Positions 59,388-64,000 of a stretch of 64,000 nt of DNA are shown here, piece by piece. The position numbers and the translations under genes were made by a program. This stretch comes from Candidatus Bruticola sp. GTDB taxonomy: Bacteria > Vulcanimicrobiota > Xenobia > Xenobiales > Xenobiaceae. The DNA lies in the NCBI GenBank assembly GCA_051874735.1, contig JBJEGD010000013.1:32001-96000 (forward strand), written 5' to 3'. Below the pieces are notes generated by a model. The model searched no databases, had not been told where the DNA came from, and saw only the letters and a list, made by a program, of their open reading frames with translations. Position 1 is the stretch's first letter; the number at the start of each line of letters is the position of its first letter.

Positions 59388-61982
59388 ATGGGGATGGAGC
59401 CGTTTTCGCATGAAGCTAGGGTGTCTATAGTTTATGCCCGTGAAGCAGCTAAATCTTTTGGAAGCAGTTATATCGGCCCAGAACATCTTTTAATGGGATT
59501 AGCAGCCAATGTCAGTTCCGAGGTAAGCGGTCTTCTGCAGAAGTACGGCATAACTTCAGAGCTTCTATATAATGAAGTATCCAAAGATTTGGGTGAGGCT
59601 TCGGCTTATCAGAGCATGATGTTTACTCAGTCTGCCAAAGAAGTCATTCAAGAAGCTTTTAAGTGCTCTCGTCGTTATGAAAGAAGTTCCGTAGGATGTG
59701 AAGCGCTCCTGTGGGCTATTTTGGAAGTTGCTGAAAATGGCGACAGCTCCTCGAAATCAGAAGTTATTTGTCGAATTTTAGGCAATTTTGATAAGGAGAA
59801 TTTAGAGAACTTAAAAGAAGACGTCAAGTCTATTATAGCTGACAGTGACGAAAATGGGAAAGACAAGCGTTCTTCTAGTACGTCTGCATCAGGAAAGAGA
59901 GCTGCGGCTAGAACTCCTGTTTTAGACAGTTACTGCCGCGATCTTACCAAGTTGGCGCAAGAAGGCAAACTCGATCCTTTAGTAGGGCGTCACAACGAGC
60001 TGGAACGCGTTATTATGGTTTTATCGCGCCGCAACAAGTGTAATCCGGTGCTGATAGGTGATCCTGGAGTGGGAAAAACGGCTATCGTAGAAGGTTTAGC
60101 GCAGCGGATTGTCAGCGGTGAAGTTCCGGATAAGCTCAGAGGTATGCGGGTCTGTTCTCTCTCCCTTTCCAGTGTAGTAGCCGGTACGCGTTACCGCGGA
60201 GATTTTGAAGATCGTCTGAACAAAATTCTCAAAGAGCTCACCGATACTAAATCTAAAGTTATTCTCTTTATCGATGAAATTCATGCATTAGTTGGGGCTG
60301 GTGACAGTGAGGGCGGTATCGACGCCTCTAGCATTCTCAAGCCGGCTTTGGCTCGCGGTGAATTCCAGTGTATTGGAGCTACAACTGTAGGCGAGTACAC
60401 TAAATATATTGAAAAAGATCCTGCTTTAGAGAGACGGTTTCAGACTGTTGATGTCAAAGAGCCGAGTGAGCAGGAAACTTGCAATATAATTTTCGGTCTG
60501 CGCGATCGCTACGAAAGCTTCCACAATGTCGATATTTCAGAAGAAGCTGTGCGTGAGGCGGTGCGTTTGTCGAATCGTTATCTTCCCGATCGCCTTCTGC
60601 CCGATAAGGCTATCGATGTTATCGACGAGGCTTGCAGTCGCGTTAGTTTAGCCCGGGCTAACAAACCGAAGGAGCTTATTAGTAAGTCTGAAGAGGTGCG
60701 CGATTTGGTGCGTCGTCGTGATGAGGCTTTGGTTGAACAGGATTATGAATTAGCCGACGATCTTCGCTTAAAGGAAGAAAGCGCCCGTACGGTTTTAAAC
60801 AGATTAGAAAACGATTGGCAGGAGCGTTTGGATTGCTCAGACTATATAAAGGGCAAACGGCCTGTGGTTAAAGCTGACAATGTGGCTTACGTTGTTTCCT
60901 TGATGTCCGGAGTTCCTTTAAATAATGTCACTCAAAATGAAGCTGCTCGTTTGAGCAACATTGAGCAGATATTACATGAGCGCGTGGTAGGGCAGGATGA
61001 GCCGATTAAAGTAGTGAGTCGGGCTATTAAGAGGGCCAGGGCCGGATTAAAAGATCCTAATAAGCCTATCGGATCTTTTCTTTTCTTAGGCCCCACTGGT
61101 GTAGGTAAAACGGAGTTGGCCCGCACGTTGGCTCAATTCCTCTTCGATGATGAAAATGCGCTGATCCGTTTGGACATGTCGGAGTATTCTGAAAAATTCA
61201 CAGTTTCTCGTCTCTACGGAGCCGCTCCTGGTTATGTAGGCTACGACGAAGGTGGGGAATTGACTGATGCCGTACGTCGCAAGCCTTATTCGGTAGTGCT
61301 TTTTGATGAAATAGAAAAAGCTCACCCTGATATATTTAATGTGCTTTTACAGATTATGGATGAAGGACGTCTAACTGACTCTAAGCGTCATGTGGTAGAC
61401 TTCAAGAATGTAGTCGTTATTCTCACTTCCAATATCGGATTTGCCAATCCCGATCCTAGTGCTAATATGGGACTGCGTGGCAACCGCGATGATGGTTCTC
61501 CTCAAGTTCGTTTTGAGCGCATGAGAAAGCGCGTTTTAGACGAAACTAAGCAGATATTTAAGCCTGAATTTTTGAACCGCCTCGATGCTTCTGTGGTCTT
61601 CCATAGTTTAGAAAGTGAAGATCTGCTTAAAATTGTCGATATTATGCTGGACAAAGTTCGCAAAGAATTATCGGCCAACCATCGCAGTTTTGAAGTTACC
61701 CAAGATGTTAAAAGGGCTTTAGTGGCTTCGTGCCGCGAGCCTCAATATGGGGCCCGTCCTTTGCGTCGAGCTATTCAGCAGATGCTTGAAGATCCTCTGG
61801 CTGATAAAGTTATTGAAGGTGAGTTCCCTGAAGGTAGCTGTATGCTGATCGATTTGAGCGAAGAGGCGCGCATTGAGTTGACTACTCGCGAGGCCGAGGG
61901 GATGATTTCTACGACGGGCAAGACCTCTGATAACGGCGAGGAGGAAACTTTCCGCTTTGTTTTCAAGTTATCTGAAGATTAG
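59388..61982 (+). CDS. clpC: ATP-dependent Clp protease ATPase subunit, ClpC type
   Basis: Clp_N repeats, GDPGVGKT, short UVR-like M domain ([10 protein letters not shown]), GPTGVGKT; ATG 59388 with AAGGAG RBS. Confidence 0.88.
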   Translation: MGMEPFSHEARVSIVYAREAAKSFGSSYIGPEHLLMGLAANVSSEVSGLLQKYGITSELLYNEVSKDLGEASAYQSMMFTQSAKEVIQEAFKCSRRYERSSVGCEALLWAILEVAENGDSSSKSEVICRILGNFDKENLENLKEDVKSIIADSDENGKDKRSSSTSASGKRAAARTPVLDSYCRDLTKLAQEGKLDPLVGRHNELERVIMVLSRRNKCNPVLIGDPGVGKTAIVEGLAQRIVSGEVPDKLRGMRVCSLSLSSVVAGTRYRGDFEDRLNKILKELTDTKSKVILFIDEIHALVGAGDSEGGIDASSILKPALARGEFQCIGATTVGEYTKYIEKDPALERRFQTVDVKEPSEQETCNIIFGLRDRYESFHNVDISEEAVREAVRLSNRYLPDRLLPDKAIDVIDEACSRVSLARANKPKELISKSEEVRDLVRRRDEALVEQDYELADDLRLKEESARTVLNRLENDWQERLDCSDYIKGKRPVVKADNVAYVVSLMSGVPLNNVTQNEAARLSNIEQILHERVVGQDEPIKVVSRAIKRARAGLKDPNKPIGSFLFLGPTGVGKTELARTLAQFLFDDENALIRLDMSEYSEKFTVSRLYGAAPGYVGYDEGGELTDAVRRKPYSVVLFDEIEKAHPDIFNVLLQIMDEGRLTDSKRHVVDFKNVVVILTSNIGFANPDPSANMGLRGNRDDGSPQVRFERMRKRVLDETKQIFKPEFLNRLDASVVFHSLESEDLLKIVDIMLDKVRKELSANHRSFEVTQDVKRALVASCREPQYGARPLRRAIQQMLEDPLADKVIEGEFPEGSCMLIDLSEEARIELTTREAEGMISTTGKTSDNGEEETFRFVFKLSED

Positions 61983-62040
61983 TTCAAGAGGCTTAAGGTA
62001 AGAAAACGTTAGAGGTATAGACTGTTCAAGGATATTGACC

Positions 62041-62070
62041 TTGACAGGCAACGCAACTCGGCGTTATAAT
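62041..62070 (+). promoter_or_regulatory. Consensus sigma70 promoter for tRNA-Ala
   Basis: TTGACA, 18-nt spacer, TATAAT. Confidence 0.8.
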
Positions 62071-62089
62071 TGATAACGCCTTGTAGCGT

Positions 62090-62162
<73 letters not shown>

Positions 62163-62177
62163 CTGTATATGGTAGTT

Positions 62178-62216
62178 AAGAGCTTGAAGCTTGTGAGTTT
62201 CGGGCTCTTTTTTTTT
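62178..62216 (+). terminator. Intrinsic terminator after tRNA-Ala
   Basis: AAGAGCTTGAAGCT...AGTTTCGGGCTCTT plus long T run. Confidence 0.75.
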
Positions 62217-62480
62217 GTTAGGCAAAATAATTGAGTACGGTTAGATCGATTATGGAGATTGTAGCGGGGCACTAGTAAATCAGCTGGTAGGAGGGTATAG
62301 CTATTTGACAGTTGATTGGGGCTGTGTTTCAATAACGGAAATTTTTGTTGGAGTTATCAGCTAGGTTAATCTTTATATGTACTAAATATGGGCTATGTAA
62401 TGTTCCAATATTGTCATTAATTGTGTATGTCTGAAAAATTACGCGCTGGTTATTTATTTGCGGAGGCTGAGAGTCTTAAA

Positions 62481-64000
62481 GTGAACAATAAAAAATTGGA
62501 AAAATGGGCCAATCTGCTTCTTGATACTGGAAAAAGAAATAATCTAATTAATTTTAAAGATTCGAAGTTCGCTTCTGTAGAAGTTTTACTGCCGGGAGTT
62601 AGTGTTCTTTTTGAGAAAATAGATAGCAATGCGCAGTTTTCTGTTTTCGATCCTAAAATTAACGAAGATGATGATAGCGTAGAAGAAGGCACAGCTGCTA
62701 CTTTATCAGAGCAAGATGAAGCTAATAACGATGCTCGAGCTGCTTATATAGCCAAATATAGTCCGCGTCTTAAAACGTCAAAACAGCTGCTTTTGTACAA
62801 TAGCGGCAGCAGTCCGATTACCGCTCTCAAGAATATTAGTAAAAAATCAAAAGAATTTATTGAAGAAACGGGCGTCAATGTGGCCCATATGGCTTTCGGC
62901 TTCATACATTGGAAGGAGAGCGAATCTTCACAATACGTGTATTCTGCACCTGTGCTGCTGATTCCGATTCTTTTGGAGCAGGAGTCCGTTACCGCTCCTT
63001 TTTATATACGTTCCTCCGGCGATGATATTATTGTCAATCCCACTTTTTCTTATAAATTGGAAGCTGAGTATGGTATAAAAATTCCTGAATATAATGACGA
63101 AAATTTAAGTGATTATTTGGCGCAGATTGAGCTATTGATAAAAGGATTAAAGTGGCAAGTTTCTGCTGAGTGCAAAATAGGCATTTTCTCCTTTTTAAAA
63201 ATAAATATGTATCAAGATCTGAAAGATAACAGCGCCGCTATTTTAGCTAACGCGAATGTGCGCTCCCTTTTAGGTGAAGAGGGAGGGGCTGAGCGAGGCG
63301 CTAGCCTGGCTGTTAGTAGCAGAGGTGTTGATAACCCGCTCATAGAGTTGCACAATGTGGTCGACGCCGACTCCAGCCAAATTGAAGCGATTGAAATGGC
63401 CAAGAGCGGTAAAAGTTTTGTACTTCAAGGACCTCCGGGAACTGGTAAGAGTCAAACAATTACTAATATTATTGCCGAATGTTTGGGAGATGGTAAGAAA
63501 GTACTGTTCGTTTCTGAAAAGCTGGCTGCTTTAAAAGTTGTTTATGACAAACTAAAGAAGGCTAACTTAGCTGAATTTTGTTTAGAGTTGCACAGTCATA
63601 AAGCCAATAAAAAGAGCATTATCGAAGATTTATGCAGCACGCTCAAAATGAGTAAAAGCACTGTCTCGGCTAAAGCTGACTCAGAAATTGCTTTGAAGAG
63701 AAAATTTATGCAGCAGCTTGATTCTTATGCTACTGAATTGCATAAGCAGAGAGCTAATATAAACAAGAGCGTGTATCAGCTTTACGAATCTTTATCAGCG
63801 TTGCGTAAAGCTCCGGAAATTGAGTGGGCTATACCTCAAATCAGTGAAAAAAATGAAAATTTTTTGCATGAAATTGATTCATTGTTATCTCAGTACGCCT
63901 GTTTTGTGCCCTCAATCGGTTACGATTATCAAAATAATTCGTGGTATGGATACAATAATCAGGATAATTCTTATCAGCATAAACTTCAGCTGAAGCAGTA
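62481..64000 (+). CDS. DUF4011-domain SF1 (Upf1-like) helicase, 5' part only; runs off the window
   Basis: Translated by hand: KLEKWANLLLDTGKRNNLINFK; DADSSQ; LQGPPGTGKSQTITNIIAE (63420); VLFVSEK.AAL.VV; LELHSHKA. In-frame ATG at 62427 is an alternative start. Confidence 0.88.
   Translation, partial: MNNKKLEKWANLLLDTGKRNNLINFKDSKFASVEVLLPGVSVLFEKIDSNAQFSVFDPKINEDDDSVEEGTAATLSEQDEANNDARAAYIAKYSPRLKTSKQLLLYNSGSSPITALKNISKKSKEFIEETGVNVAHMAFGFIHWKESESSQYVYSAPVLLIPILLEQESVTAPFYIRSSGDDIIVNPTFSYKLEAEYGIKIPEYNDENLSDYLAQIELLIKGLKWQVSAECKIGIFSFLKINMYQDLKDNSAAILANANVRSLLGEEGGAERGASLAVSSRGVDNPLIELHNVVDADSSQIEAIEMAKSGKSFVLQGPPGTGKSQTITNIIAECLGDGKKVLFVSEKLAALKVVYDKLKKANLAEFCLELHSHKANKKSIIEDLCSTLKMSKSTVSAKADSEIALKRKFMQQLDSYATELHKQRANINKSVYQLYESLSALRKAPEIEWAIPQISEKNENFLHEIDSLLSQYACFVPSIGYDYQNNSWYGYNNQDNSYQHKLQLKQ

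Overview
64 kb of a moderately AT-rich anaerobic bacterial chromosome, mostly housekeeping genes (rplU, prp, lspA, lgt, secDF, upp, clpB, tdk, folA, rpmF, fabG, acpP, rsmD, recG, murB, Trk/Ktr, alaS, dapDE, gpmA, manA, clpC) with three tRNAs (Arg-CCT, Ser-TGA, Ala-CGC). The pilin motif and gene mix suggest a gut-type Candidatus Eremiobacterota-like lineage, which is inference only. No CRISPR array, rRNA, integrase or transposase was seen. The most interesting parts are: (1) a Clostridia-like rex-adhE-kinase-hfsA-hfsA'-hydS(hfsB)-phosphatase-[FeFe]-hydrogenase block, with a ~195-nt multi-stem candidate RNA directly upstream of adhE; (2) two large uncharacterised genes (J-like/TPR membrane protein and a 1008-aa Cys-motif protein) directly upstream of clpC, where ctsR-mcsAB often lie; (3) a stand-alone protein resembling the ATPase-less C-terminal part of BREX/Ssp-type (BrxC/SspC-like) proteins; (4) a 74-nt tRNA-sized fold in the alaS leader; (5) a DUF4011-type SF1 helicase (Hhe-like defence gene), absent from the ORF track, starting after tRNA-Ala and running off the window; (6) rplU-prp without rpmA. 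All family assignments come from motif recognition by eye, not database searches.
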